Source: Alphaproteobacteria bacterium UBA3760 (lineage in GTDB: Bacteria > Pseudomonadota > Alphaproteobacteria > Rs-D84). Taken from it: DNA of 64,000 nt. Each line of letters begins with the position of its first letter. The first letter of the stretch is position 1. A program made the position numbers and the translations under genes. The notes beneath the pieces are model-generated. The model saw nothing but the letters and a program-made list of their open reading frames with translations, did no database searches and was not told the DNA's origin. Where the stretch lies: assembly GCA_002371155.1 (NCBI GenBank), contig DFGC01000010.1, positions 740 to 64,739 of the forward strand. The letters run 5' to 3'. Below are positions 32,107 through 41,330 of the stretch, in pieces.

Positions 32107-32134
32107 AAAAAACCTTGGTTTCCCAAGGTTTTTT
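32107..32134. terminator. Bidirectional terminator
   Basis: AACCTTGG-TTTC-CCAAGGTT flanked by an A-run and a T-run, between convergent stops at 32074 (+) and 32139 (-). Confidence 0.8.
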
Positions 32135-32138
32135 ATTT

Positions 32139-34412
32139 TTAGTTGCATGTTTGTTTAGCTGTACACTTTGTAGTATCATTCCACTGACATAATTGAGTAG
32201 ATCCATAGGAATCCGATATGATACCAACGGAACCTGTTTGGGCATCCATGCAATATCCACGTTTTTCTTCACAGACACTTTCATCAAGTGTTTGGCAATA
32301 CGAAACAATTTCTGCGCTTGATGTAAATGTTTCAATCGAACTGTATGTGCCGGTGACCCATGTGCGCAATGCTTCTGGACTTACCGAACCAAACACATTC
32401 CCGTTGACCGACATACATGTTTTGATTTGTGAATAACATGAATTGATTGCGGTTCTGGATTTTGTGCTTTCGGGTCTGTCGACCTCGTAATTATTCGATG
32501 TCAGGCAACTGGATACATCACTAACGCAATCTTCGGCATAGGATGCCAACAATTCGTCCTGGGCCATTTTGATTTGAACCAATGCCCGTTGCAGGAATTG
32601 TTTGATAACATCGTTATCTGCTTTATATTTACCCTTGGAATCATATGTGTAATTTTGGCATTTGTTCAACACAGACATGCACATACCATAATCTTTATTG
32701 GTTTTGCTGTCGTGCCAACCGATTTTATTTTGCAAATATGCAATCATTTTATCAGATGAATTTTGTGCCGCGTTTGAATTCACACCATTGTCAATATAAT
32801 TTACCAACGATATATAAGATGGTGTACTTGATGTACTTGTCCCCGATGATGTTCTTGATGGGTCTGTCCATGGGGTTTGATTGTTGATTTTCCATGTGCT
32901 GAACAGGTTATCATGTGAATATGTATGACTAATCGCACTTGGGTCAGCGTCGGCATCGGTGTTATTACCCGGCATACTGCCAATAACAACCGCGCCATTT
33001 ACAATATATTGACCGGTTGGGTCCAGGCATCCCTCGTATCCATTTCCGCATACATAATCATCCTGCATACATGATTCCAACGCGCTGACACAACCACGCA
33101 AATCATAAGAATTCTTGTTTTGTGCGACCATCAAACGCGCCTTTTTCAATACTTCTTTGGCGTTCGCAACGGTTTGTGTCATTTGGGTATTCGAATCGGT
33201 CAATGCGCGTTCGTATGCCAAACATGCTTTATCGATTTCCAAATCGTATGAATTCGTGACGACCGCGGCATCAACGCCTTGGGCGACGCAAGAATTCAAC
33301 ACCGATGCCTTGCACCGTGATGCGGCGGTTTTATACAAACTTTCGCCACGTTGATTGGAAATGCTGTTTGTGTTGGACGATGTTGTCGCCAACAAAGACG
33401 ATAAATCAAATCCGGTGCTGCTGATATCGAAATCCAACAAACCCGACAAATCGAAATTCATCGAACTGGTTGTTTCGGACGATGTTGCCGTTCCCGATTT
33501 TACATCAACAATCATACGTTTAACTTTATCCAAACTGGAACGAATAGCCGAACTGTCCTTGGCATTTTTCATTGCCAATTCAGCCTCGGTTTCCGCAAAT
33601 AATGTTGTGATTTGATCCGCCGGCAAACCAATATATTGAATACTGCGTGCGACATCTTGTAATGCCTCGGTTGCCGCCGCCAATGCAGCCTCGGTTTTTT
33701 CATAATTCGCTATGTTTTTCGAGCACGAGCAACGACCCTGGTTATCGTCCAGCACATTGCAATAATTATCCATACATGATGCGTATTGTGCCTGGCAATA
33801 TTCGGTCAAAGATTTCATTGCATCTAACTCTGTGGTTGTTGCCGCGGCGGTTTCTGCAACCGTTGTTGGTGTGACCGATGCCGAACGAATTGTTGCACCG
33901 CGTGTCGAAACGACCAATGGACGCACCGTTGATACGCGTGATTGCACGACCGGATTTGCATTATATACCGGTGTTGTCGATGTTATTGTTGAAACGCGAG
34001 CCTTGACCCCCGGTGTATTGCTGGTTGCGCGCGCAGATTGCGCGGTGCCGTTTGCACTGCGCGTCTGTATCACGCCCGAACGCGTTGCGGTTGTTGTCCC
34101 ACGCCCAGAAATATTGCGCGACGGTGTCGTTGTTGTGCGTGTTGCCGCCGTTCTGGGTTGGGCCACGCCTGAACGTAATGTTGTTGCACGCCCCATGGTG
34201 TTTGTCCGGGCACTGCGCACCGTTGGCGCACTCTTTTGCACCGGCATTACATTCGTATCGTCCGTCGCAATCTCTGTTTCCATTGCGCCGGTATCAACAT
34301 CGCCAACATCGACATCGGAAAACAACAATTCCGTATCGTCAAAAGACGGTGCAACCTCGGCAAATGCGGGCAAAACCAACAAACTGCTGACAACAAAAAC
34401 TAATCTTTTCAT
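32139..34412 (-). CDS. Large secreted Cys-rich protein with Arg/Thr/Ser-rich N-terminal region
   Basis: Signal peptide MKRLVFVVSSLLVLPAFA and strong RBS (GGAAGGA). About 130 aa of R/T/S low complexity, then a helical region studded with Cys pairs (YCQAQYASCMDNYCNVLDDNQGRCSCS, GCVSALESCMQDDYVCGNGYEGC). No family recognised. Confidence 0.7.
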   Translation of the reverse strand: MKRLVFVVSSLLVLPAFAEVAPSFDDTELLFSDVDVGDVDTGAMETEIATDDTNVMPVQKSAPTVRSARTNTMGRATTLRSGVAQPRTAATRTTTTPSRNISGRGTTTATRSGVIQTRSANGTAQSARATSNTPGVKARVSTITSTTPVYNANPVVQSRVSTVRPLVVSTRGATIRSASVTPTTVAETAAATTTELDAMKSLTEYCQAQYASCMDNYCNVLDDNQGRCSCSKNIANYEKTEAALAAATEALQDVARSIQYIGLPADQITTLFAETEAELAMKNAKDSSAIRSSLDKVKRMIVDVKSGTATSSETTSSMNFDLSGLLDFDISSTGFDLSSLLATTSSNTNSISNQRGESLYKTAASRCKASVLNSCVAQGVDAAVVTNSYDLEIDKACLAYERALTDSNTQMTQTVANAKEVLKKARLMVAQNKNSYDLRGCVSALESCMQDDYVCGNGYEGCLDPTGQYIVNGAVVIGSMPGNNTDADADPSAISHTYSHDNLFSTWKINNQTPWTDPSRTSSGTSTSSTPSYISLVNYIDNGVNSNAAQNSSDKMIAYLQNKIGWHDSKTNKDYGMCMSVLNKCQNYTYDSKGKYKADNDVIKQFLQRALVQIKMAQDELLASYAEDCVSDVSSCLTSNNYEVDRPESTKSRTAINSCYSQIKTCMSVNGNVFGSVSPEALRTWVTGTYSSIETFTSSAEIVSYCQTLDESVCEEKRGYCMDAQTGSVGIISDSYGSTQLCQWNDTTKCTAKQTCN

Positions 34413-34523
34413 GGCAAATTCCTTCCTACTTTATACCCTATTTTATCATATATTGGGGCATAAAACAAATAAAAAATAAAGTGCATAAATTGCACTTTGG
34501 ACTTTGTGTATTGAATTTTGGTA

Positions 34524-34853
34524 TTAGTGATGTGCAACAATATGCAAAATCACACTGGTTATAAATAGCACCGTAATAATAGATAAAATTATTTTCTGGG
34601 TTTTATGGTGGTCAATATCACAATGTTCATCATGGCAACACGGACAATCACGCAGGACAAAAATCCAAGACACCCCCAACATCAGGCTCGAAAAAACAAA
34701 AATCCATGGTTCAATCCAGTGGGGAATGTATTCGGTGTGCGCAACCTCGGGCGCAAACAGCCCAACGATTCCCAACACAATCGGCAATACACAGCAAAAC
34801 AAATGTGGTAATACCGTTGCAATAATTCCAAATTTTACAGCCTTGTTTTTCAT
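34524..34853 (-). CDS. Small membrane protein with vicinal Cys pairs (MerC/MerT-like?)
   Basis: Start ATG 34853 is preceded by AAGGG. Three to four TM segments, with CC in TM1 (HLFCCVLPIVLG), CPCCHDEHCDIDHH in a loop, and an HH terminus. A metal-handling role is inferred only. Confidence 0.45.
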   Translation of the reverse strand: MKNKAVKFGIIATVLPHLFCCVLPIVLGIVGLFAPEVAHTEYIPHWIEPWIFVFSSLMLGVSWIFVLRDCPCCHDEHCDIDHHKTQKIILSIITVLFITSVILHIVAHH

Positions 34854-34891
34854 ATTGAACCCTTTTATATTGTGCATTCATCACAACGCAC

Positions 34892-34970
34892 CGCGTCCTA
34901 AACTGGCGACGATAAATCAAAATTTCACACCTGCGGTGTGAAACTTTAATTTATGGCGTCCCCAGCAGGA
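34892..34970. repeat. 79-bp direct repeat, copy 1 (tRNA-Arg 3' end plus downstream flank)
   Basis: Identical to 35084-35162 except for 3 positions. It contains the hairpin TTTCACACC-TGC-GGTGTGAAA. Confidence 0.9.
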
Positions 34971-35005
34971 TTCCCTCGGTCGGCAATGCCGACACTACGG
35001 GGAAA
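34954..35005 (-). pseudogene. Internally deleted tRNA-Arg relic (minihelix-like)
   Basis: On the minus strand: TTCCCCGTAGT...GAATCCTGCTGGGGACGCCA. It keeps the 5' acceptor/D-stem start and the 3' T-stem/acceptor/CCA of the neighbouring tRNA-Arg. The D-loop, anticodon arm and part of the T arm are replaced by an unrelated hairpin (GTCGGCATTGCCGAC). Confidence 0.45.
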
Positions 35006-35083
35006 CCGTAACGATTTGATTGCACTGCGTTTATCAAATCTACTTGTTTTCGAACCAGGCAAACTTGTTGTTTGCCAAGGTGT

Positions 35084-35162
35084 CGCGTCCTAAACTGGCG
35101 ACGATAAATCAAACTTTCACACCTGCGGTGTGAAACTTTAATTTATGGTATCCCCAGCAGGA
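35084..35162. repeat. 79-bp direct repeat, copy 2
   Basis: See copy 1. The last 17 nt are the 3' end of the intact tRNA-Arg. Confidence 0.9.
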
Positions 35163-35221
35163 ATCGAACCTGCATCAGAGGTTTAGGAAACCCCCGTTCT
35201 ATCCAGTTGAACTATGGGGAC
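35146..35221 (-). tRNA. trnR: tRNA-Arg (anticodon CCT)
   Basis: 76-nt cloverleaf on the minus strand: GTCCCCA acceptor, anticodon loop TTCCTAA, T arm GCAGG-TTCGATT-CCTGC, encoded CCA. Confidence 0.85.
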
Positions 35222-35337
35222 ACATAAAATAATTTTAATAAAATAAAAAACAAAATCAACCGATTGTTATGTATTGTGAAAAATGTTGATTTTTGGGTAT
35301 GTGTCTGTATAATGAAATCATAAACCCGGGGGATAAA

Positions 35338-35625
35338 ATGAATAAATTGACACGTGTTGAATTGGCTGGACGGTTGCGGGAACAATTTGGTTTAACCGCG
35401 GCGGATGCCAATCGCATGATTGAAATTATTTTCCAAGAAATATCGGATGCGCTAATCAATGGCGAAGATGTAAAAATTTCTGGATTTGGCACTTTCAAGA
35501 TTCTGAATAAATCCGCGCGCATTGGGCGCAACCCAAAAACGGGGATTCCGGCGGTGATTTCCGCACGCCGCGTGACATCGTTCCGCCCCAGTACTGAATT
35601 TCGCGCCCGCGTCAATAATAAATAA
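35338..35625 (+). CDS. ihfA: Integration host factor alpha subunit
   Basis: HU/IHF fold with GFGTFKILNKSARIGRNPKTG and ARRVTSFRPS, which is the alpha-type pattern. Start set at ATG 35338. Confidence 0.8.
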   Translation: MNKLTRVELAGRLREQFGLTAADANRMIEIIFQEISDALINGEDVKISGFGTFKILNKSARIGRNPKTGIPAVISARRVTSFRPSTEFRARVNNK

Positions 35626-35635
35626 TTGAATAAAA

Positions 35636-35660
35636 AATCCCCACAACATTGTGGGGATTT
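35636..35660. terminator. Bidirectional terminator
   Basis: AATCCCCAC / GTGGGGATT hairpin with a flanking A-run and T-run, between convergent stops at 35625 and 35665. Confidence 0.75.
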
Positions 35661-35664
35661 ATTT

Positions 35665-37644
35665 TTACCATATCTTAACCCTGTTTTCTGGGGCAACATA
35701 TAATTTATTTTTTGGTCCGACATTAAACGCGTCATACCATGCGTCGATATGTGGCAATATGCCATTTACGCGCCACCGTTCCAACGAATGTTCGTTTGTT
35801 TTTGTTTGCTTTAACGCGGCATCATCGCGAATGTTTCCCGCCCAATTTGTCGCATATGATATAAAGAACCGTTGTATATCTGTAAAACCATCGGCATCGC
35901 CACTGCGATTGCCAAAATTCACATATGCGGTATATGCAACGGTGACCCCACCATAGTCTGCCAAATTTTCGCCCAGTGTAAATTCACCATTTGCGTGCAC
36001 ACCTGGGGCGACCAAAATATTATCGAAAAATTCCCGCATAACATTTGCGCGCGCGTTAAAAGATTTCGCGTCCGCATCCCCCCACCAATCGCGCATATTG
36101 CCATCTTTGTCAAAATGGCGGCCGCTGTCATCAAATCCGTGTGTCATTTCATGCCCAATAACCGCGCCAATCGCGCCATAGTTAAACGCGTCATCCGCCG
36201 TCATATCAAAGAACGGATATTGCAAAATTCCCGCTGGAAAACAAATTTCGTTTGTTGTTGGGTCATAATATGCGTTGACCTCGTGCGCGTTCATAAACCA
36301 AATGTTTGGGTCTTTTTCTTGTTCGATTTTATCCAACCAAAAACGGTCCTCGAACTGTGCAACACGCAACATGTTTTCGAAAAACGAATCGTCGCGTATT
36401 TCCAGATTTGAATAATCGCGCCACACATCCGGGTATCCGATTTTCGCATGGAAAGTATTTAATTTTTCCAACGCATGGTGCCGGGTTTCATCCGACATCC
36501 AATCCAATTTTTCAATACGCATTTTTAACGCAGATTGCAAATCATTTACTAATTTTTGCATGCGTTTTTTTGCGGCATCCGGAAAATATTTTTTTGTATA
36601 CAATCGACCGATTTCTTCGCCCAATGACGCATCCAATGTTGCAACCGCGCGTTTCCAACGTGGTTTCTTTTCGGGTTGTCCCGATAACACGCGTGAAAAA
36701 TCAAACGCAATATCATATGTTTTGTCGTCCAATACACCGGTTGATGAATTTATCAATCTGAATTTCAGATATGTTTTCAATAAACCCAAATCAACGGTAT
36801 TCATAATTTTTACAGATTCCGCAATCGGTTCAATTTGATTTACATTTACATATGTCGGTTTAATACCACGCGCGGCAAAATATTTATCCCAATCAAACCC
36901 GGGAAATTCTGTGCGCAATTGCGCGATTGGCATTTTGTGATAATTTGCAATCGGGTCGCGCAACTGTTCTTTTTTATAGAAAGATTTTGCCATGCGTTTT
37001 TCTAAATCAAATAATTTTTTTGCATCGACCGGTATGTTAAAATTCGCCATAATTTTTTCAATATATTCGATGTATTTTTCACGCACCTGAATAGATTTTT
37101 CGTCATCGTCAAAATAATAATCACGCGCCAGGCCGATGCCGTCTTGACCGATATTATATAAATAGTGTTCGCTGTCTTTTTCATCCAATCCCACACCGTC
37201 GCCAAAAAATCCATCGGCAAATGCGTGAAATTTTCCCAAAAATGCGGGCAATTCATCGCGTGATTTAATTGCATCAATTTCATCGATATATTTCTGCACA
37301 GGTTTTATTCCATCGGCATTTAACTTTTTTTCATCCATCGCGATTTTATATAATAATCCAATTTTTCCATCATCGTGTTCGGCAATATCACGCACGCGTT
37401 CCAGGTTAGTATTTACCAAAACATCGAACATACCATAACGCGAATAATCCGCCGGTATTGGATTTGCGATACGCCATCCGCGTGTTGCAAAATCATAAAA
37501 ATCATCGCCCGGGACAACGGTTGTATCCATATCTTGTAATTTAATTCCTGTACTCATTTGTCTCCCCTTTGTAAAAACGCCAACCATAATCAGACTTGCC
37601 ACCACTGCGCAAATTCCAATAATGTTCAGAAATTTATGTTCCAT
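35665..37644 (-). CDS. pepO: M13-family zinc metallopeptidase (PepO/neprilysin-like)
   Basis: N-terminal anchor, HExxH in VIGHEMTHGFDD, downstream GENLADYGG, and C-terminal W. These are the M13 hallmarks. Confidence 0.85.
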   Translation of the reverse strand: MEHKFLNIIGICAVVASLIMVGVFTKGRQMSTGIKLQDMDTTVVPGDDFYDFATRGWRIANPIPADYSRYGMFDVLVNTNLERVRDIAEHDDGKIGLLYKIAMDEKKLNADGIKPVQKYIDEIDAIKSRDELPAFLGKFHAFADGFFGDGVGLDEKDSEHYLYNIGQDGIGLARDYYFDDDEKSIQVREKYIEYIEKIMANFNIPVDAKKLFDLEKRMAKSFYKKEQLRDPIANYHKMPIAQLRTEFPGFDWDKYFAARGIKPTYVNVNQIEPIAESVKIMNTVDLGLLKTYLKFRLINSSTGVLDDKTYDIAFDFSRVLSGQPEKKPRWKRAVATLDASLGEEIGRLYTKKYFPDAAKKRMQKLVNDLQSALKMRIEKLDWMSDETRHHALEKLNTFHAKIGYPDVWRDYSNLEIRDDSFFENMLRVAQFEDRFWLDKIEQEKDPNIWFMNAHEVNAYYDPTTNEICFPAGILQYPFFDMTADDAFNYGAIGAVIGHEMTHGFDDSGRHFDKDGNMRDWWGDADAKSFNARANVMREFFDNILVAPGVHANGEFTLGENLADYGGVTVAYTAYVNFGNRSGDADGFTDIQRFFISYATNWAGNIRDDAALKQTKTNEHSLERWRVNGILPHIDAWYDAFNVGPKNKLYVAPENRVKIW

Positions 37645-37649
37645 TGTTG

Positions 37650-38702
37650 CTACCTTGTTAAATTTACCAATAAATCATCCAAGATTAAAATGCCTTTATT
37701 GGTTGCGATTAAACGATTGTCTTTGATTTGAACCAAATCATTATTATTTTTTATGAAATCTATATCAAGAATATTTTTTGTTTTATCATCCAACGCAACG
37801 CCGTAAATAGTCCTTAGTCCCGTAATTATCCGTTCCAACGCGCGCGTATCATCATCAATTTTTTGATATTTTATATCACCACCATATTGTTCGAACCATG
37901 CGTTATTCATAAACACGCGTCCACGCGCACCATGTCCCAATCCGATATATGCGCCACCCAACCACACATTTTTATTATGAACGCAAATGTTTTCATTGGT
38001 TGCATAATTGGAAACCTCGTATCGGGGTAAATTCAGATTTTTTTCAATCGCCAAATACATGTCTGCCATTTCATCGTTATTCGGCATGCTAAGATTCATT
38101 TGCCCAAACGGAGTATTTTTTTCAATCGTCAATTCATATAATGATGCGTGTTTTAACCCAATCTGATTTATTTTATCACACACAGAAATTATATGCCTAA
38201 CATTATGTCCCGGCAGTCCATATATAAAATCGGCACTGACATTGATATTCATGCTTTGCGCCGATTCCAGAATTTTTATTGCGGTTGCGGCATCGTGTTG
38301 TCGCCCCAGAAATTTCAATTCATCATCATCAAACGATTGCACACCAACAGACAACCGTGTCAATCCGCAATCGATAAATTCGCGTAATTTCGTTTCGTCC
38401 AAAGTTCCCGGGTTTGATTCCAATGTAATCTCAGAGCAATTTTGTAAATCAAATTTTTCAGAAATATGTTTTATAATTTTATTAAAAATTTTTGTTGGCA
38501 TTAAACTGGGGGTGCCACCACCAAAAAAAATCGTTGGCACCGAAACGCGTCCCAACCGTTGCGCCCAAAAATCAACCTCGGATAAAATTTGTGTGGCATA
38601 ACAATCCCAATCTGGCGAAATTGCACGCGAAAAAAAAGCACAATAATTGCACTTGGAAATACAAAATGGGACATGTATATATATATTATGTGGGATACTC
38701 AT
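37650..38702 (-). CDS. hemW: Radical SAM heme chaperone HemW (HemN-like, oxygen-independent coproporphyrinogen oxidase family)
   Basis: CxxxCxxC radical SAM motif (YIHVPFCISKCNYCAF) and a HemN C-terminal-like region. Start set at ATG 38702. Confidence 0.85.
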   Translation of the reverse strand: MSIPHNIYIHVPFCISKCNYCAFFSRAISPDWDCYATQILSEVDFWAQRLGRVSVPTIFFGGGTPSLMPTKIFNKIIKHISEKFDLQNCSEITLESNPGTLDETKLREFIDCGLTRLSVGVQSFDDDELKFLGRQHDAATAIKILESAQSMNINVSADFIYGLPGHNVRHIISVCDKINQIGLKHASLYELTIEKNTPFGQMNLSMPNNDEMADMYLAIEKNLNLPRYEVSNYATNENICVHNKNVWLGGAYIGLGHGARGRVFMNNAWFEQYGGDIKYQKIDDDTRALERIITGLRTIYGVALDDKTKNILDIDFIKNNNDLVQIKDNRLIATNKGILILDDLLVNLTR

Positions 38703-38793
38703 ACATGTTATGTTAAAACACAAAATAAAAAAATCCAGTAAATCATTTTTTTTAGTTGCATTGGATATAAAAATTGTTTCATAATGGTTGCAA

Positions 38794-40266
38794 ATGAGGA
38801 AGGATTATATTTCAATTTTGTTGGGAATTTGCGCGTCAATGCCGGCAATGGCCAGCAACGAAGGTGCCCCGGCATACTATCAAAAACAAACAACAAATAT
38901 GAATCGTGCGGCGTATCCTGAATATAAAAATCGTGGATATACCGATTATGTCGGACAATCTGGCCCGAAACAGGTTATCGCGACATCGTCCCGCACATAC
39001 CAGGTTCCGCGTCCGGTTCAACCTGAAATATCATACACCGGCACGACAACCAAAAATGGTATTGCGCGACCGGCGTCTGACGATAACGGTTTTTCAATTT
39101 ATGGTGGGTATTCGCGTCGATTCGCTGATTTTCAATTTACCACATCGGTCAATTCGATTTTGGAATGGGACGATATGATATTCAACGAATTGACGGCGGG
39201 TGCGCGTTATAATTTTTCACTGCGCAATTTTGATATGTTATTGTTTGGTGAATATACATATGGCAATATGGCATCTGCGGGATTATCTATGGATTATGAT
39301 TTGAAACCGTATGATGAAAATTTGTTGAACGAGGGGATATTTACCGTATCTGTTGGTGAACAAAGTGGTGATACGCATCGCATGCGTTTTGGGTTTGGTG
39401 CACATAATATTTGGGATATTGGTGGTTGGAAATTCAGTCCGATATTTGGATACGAAATTTTCAAGCATAATTTGCAAATGAACGACCATTATTATCCAAA
39501 TCCGGGTGTATATATACCGCTGATGACGGTTGATGGTGATTATGTTTTTGCCGATGAAACGGCGGGTGTGTATTTTCCTGTGCCACTAGACCAGGCCCAA
39601 GATTATGCTGATTCCGGATATTACCAGGTTTGTGTGTCGCCGGCCGAGATTAAGGTTGCATCCGTTGATGCGTCGGGCGGGTTGATTATGAATGATTTGC
39701 CAGAACCGGCGGATCCAAATTCAACGGTGCCATGGGGTGTGACATATGATGAATGTATTGTTATTGGTGGTGATGGTCCGATTGTGATACCTGGGAAAAC
39801 GCATGAATACAATACAACATGGTCTGGATTTTTTATTGGGTTGGAAATTGAAAAGCAAATGACATGGAACGACAAATTGCGTTTGTATGGTCAAATCGGT
39901 TTGCCGAAATATTCATCCGAAGGTATATGGCCAAATCGCACGGATTGGCAACAAAACCCCAGTTTCCTGGACGAAGGCGATGCCAGTGCGTTGACATATT
40001 CGTTGGAAATGGAATACGAGTTAAAATTGTCTGACCGGTTGCAATTATCGTTGCGTGCGGACACAAATTATTTCCATGTTGGCAAAATTGGTGGTGAAAT
40101 TTATTGGGCACCATATACGGAATACAGTTATGCAACAAATGCCGATGGCGACATAGACATTATTGCAACAACATATCCGGCATACACCGAACATGTGTCT
40201 GATGCATTAAAAGAGGCCACATGGCAATCATTTGGGTTGCGCCTGGGGTTAAAGTGTTCTTTCTAA
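38794..40266 (+). CDS. Outer-membrane beta-barrel protein
   Basis: Signal peptide (ILLGICASMPAMA), alternating strands, and a C-terminal LRLGLKCSF ending in Phe. Confidence 0.65.
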   Translation: MRKDYISILLGICASMPAMASNEGAPAYYQKQTTNMNRAAYPEYKNRGYTDYVGQSGPKQVIATSSRTYQVPRPVQPEISYTGTTTKNGIARPASDDNGFSIYGGYSRRFADFQFTTSVNSILEWDDMIFNELTAGARYNFSLRNFDMLLFGEYTYGNMASAGLSMDYDLKPYDENLLNEGIFTVSVGEQSGDTHRMRFGFGAHNIWDIGGWKFSPIFGYEIFKHNLQMNDHYYPNPGVYIPLMTVDGDYVFADETAGVYFPVPLDQAQDYADSGYYQVCVSPAEIKVASVDASGGLIMNDLPEPADPNSTVPWGVTYDECIVIGGDGPIVIPGKTHEYNTTWSGFFIGLEIEKQMTWNDKLRLYGQIGLPKYSSEGIWPNRTDWQQNPSFLDEGDASALTYSLEMEYELKLSDRLQLSLRADTNYFHVGKIGGEIYWAPYTEYSYATNADGDIDIIATTYPAYTEHVSDALKEATWQSFGLRLGLKCSF

Positions 40267-40291
40267 CATAAAAAATATGCGGGGTTGGCGA

Positions 40292-41320
40292 ATGAATAAA
40301 TTTTGCGTTTGTTTTTTTGGCGCAGTATTTTTTGTGATGTTTGGGGCGGCGCACGCAAACGGTGATTTTGATTTTGACCGTTGGGATGAAATCCAGCAAA
40401 ATATTCGCAGTTCTGCGGCGGCGGATGGTGTGTCGCAAACAACGATTGATGCAACATTAAAAAATCCTGTTTTTATTCCGCGTATTGTTTATAACGATAA
40501 AAATCAATCTGAATTCAAATTGACAATGTCTGAATATCTGAATCGCACGACGGGTGCAACGCGTGTTAAAACTGGTCGCGAAATGGCAAAAAAATATCCG
40601 ACATTGTTAAATAAAACATACAACAAATACGGTGTTCCAAAACATGTTATGTTGGCGTTTTGGGGAATGGAATCAAATTATGGCGCAACAAAGTCTGCAT
40701 ATAAATTAAAGGACGCGTTTTTCACATTGATGTATGATGGTCGTCGCGAAAAATTTTTTACAAACCAATTATTGGCATTGATGAAAATCGCCGATAAAAA
40801 TAAATTGGATATAAATAATATTTATGGCAGTTGGGCGGGCGCCATGGGGCATTTTCAATTTATCCCGACAACATTGGCGACATACGGTGCCGACGGTAAT
40901 AACGACGGAAAAATTGATATTATAAATAATATCAGTGATGCGATGTTCAGTGCCGGAAACTATCTGAATAAATTGGGCTGGAACGCGAACGAGAAAATCA
41001 TACAACCGGTTTTAATACCATACGATTTTGATTTTGGGTTATTAAACGGCAAAAAAAAATACAGTATTTCTGATTGGTCGAAAATGGGTGTTATGAATAC
41101 CGATGGTTCGCCATTATCGCGCGATGCAACGGTCGTTGGCATTGTTGGTGATATGGACGCGGATACATCAAACCAAAATTTGGTTCCATCCCCGGACAAT
41201 GATGTTGTTGCCGGTCGCGTTGCATATTTGACATATCCGAATTTTTACAGAATAAAAAAATGGAATAATTCTAATTGGTATGCCATCGCCATTGGTGTGT
41301 TATCTGAAAAATTAAAATAA
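40292..41320 (+). CDS. Lytic murein transglycosylase (MltB-like)
   Basis: Signal peptide, catalytic-region motifs AFWGMESNYG and GAMGHFQFIPTT, then a C-terminal peptidoglycan-binding-like region. Confidence 0.8.
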   Translation: MNKFCVCFFGAVFFVMFGAAHANGDFDFDRWDEIQQNIRSSAAADGVSQTTIDATLKNPVFIPRIVYNDKNQSEFKLTMSEYLNRTTGATRVKTGREMAKKYPTLLNKTYNKYGVPKHVMLAFWGMESNYGATKSAYKLKDAFFTLMYDGRREKFFTNQLLALMKIADKNKLDINNIYGSWAGAMGHFQFIPTTLATYGADGNNDGKIDIINNISDAMFSAGNYLNKLGWNANEKIIQPVLIPYDFDFGLLNGKKKYSISDWSKMGVMNTDGSPLSRDATVVGIVGDMDADTSNQNLVPSPDNDVVAGRVAYLTYPNFYRIKKWNNSNWYAIAIGVLSEKLK

Positions 41321-41330
41321 AGAGAAATAT

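Noticed and set aside
33832-34479. 215-aa plus-strand ORF (and the 125-aa ORF at 34013-34390), rich in V/A/R
   Set aside because: It is the mirror image of the G+C-richer Arg/Thr-rich coding segment of the minus-strand exoprotein gene. It crosses that gene's start and has no start context of its own.
34892-35162. The 79-bp direct repeats considered as a CRISPR array or as attL/attR of an integrated element
   Set aside because: There are only two copies, and the repeat contains part of a tRNA. The 113-bp interval carries no cargo, and no integrase or cas gene is nearby. It is reported instead as a duplication or scar.
35256-35765. 169-aa minus-strand ORF over ihfA
   Set aside because: It is antisense to a clear IHF-alpha gene, and it spans the terminator and the end of the M13 peptidase gene.
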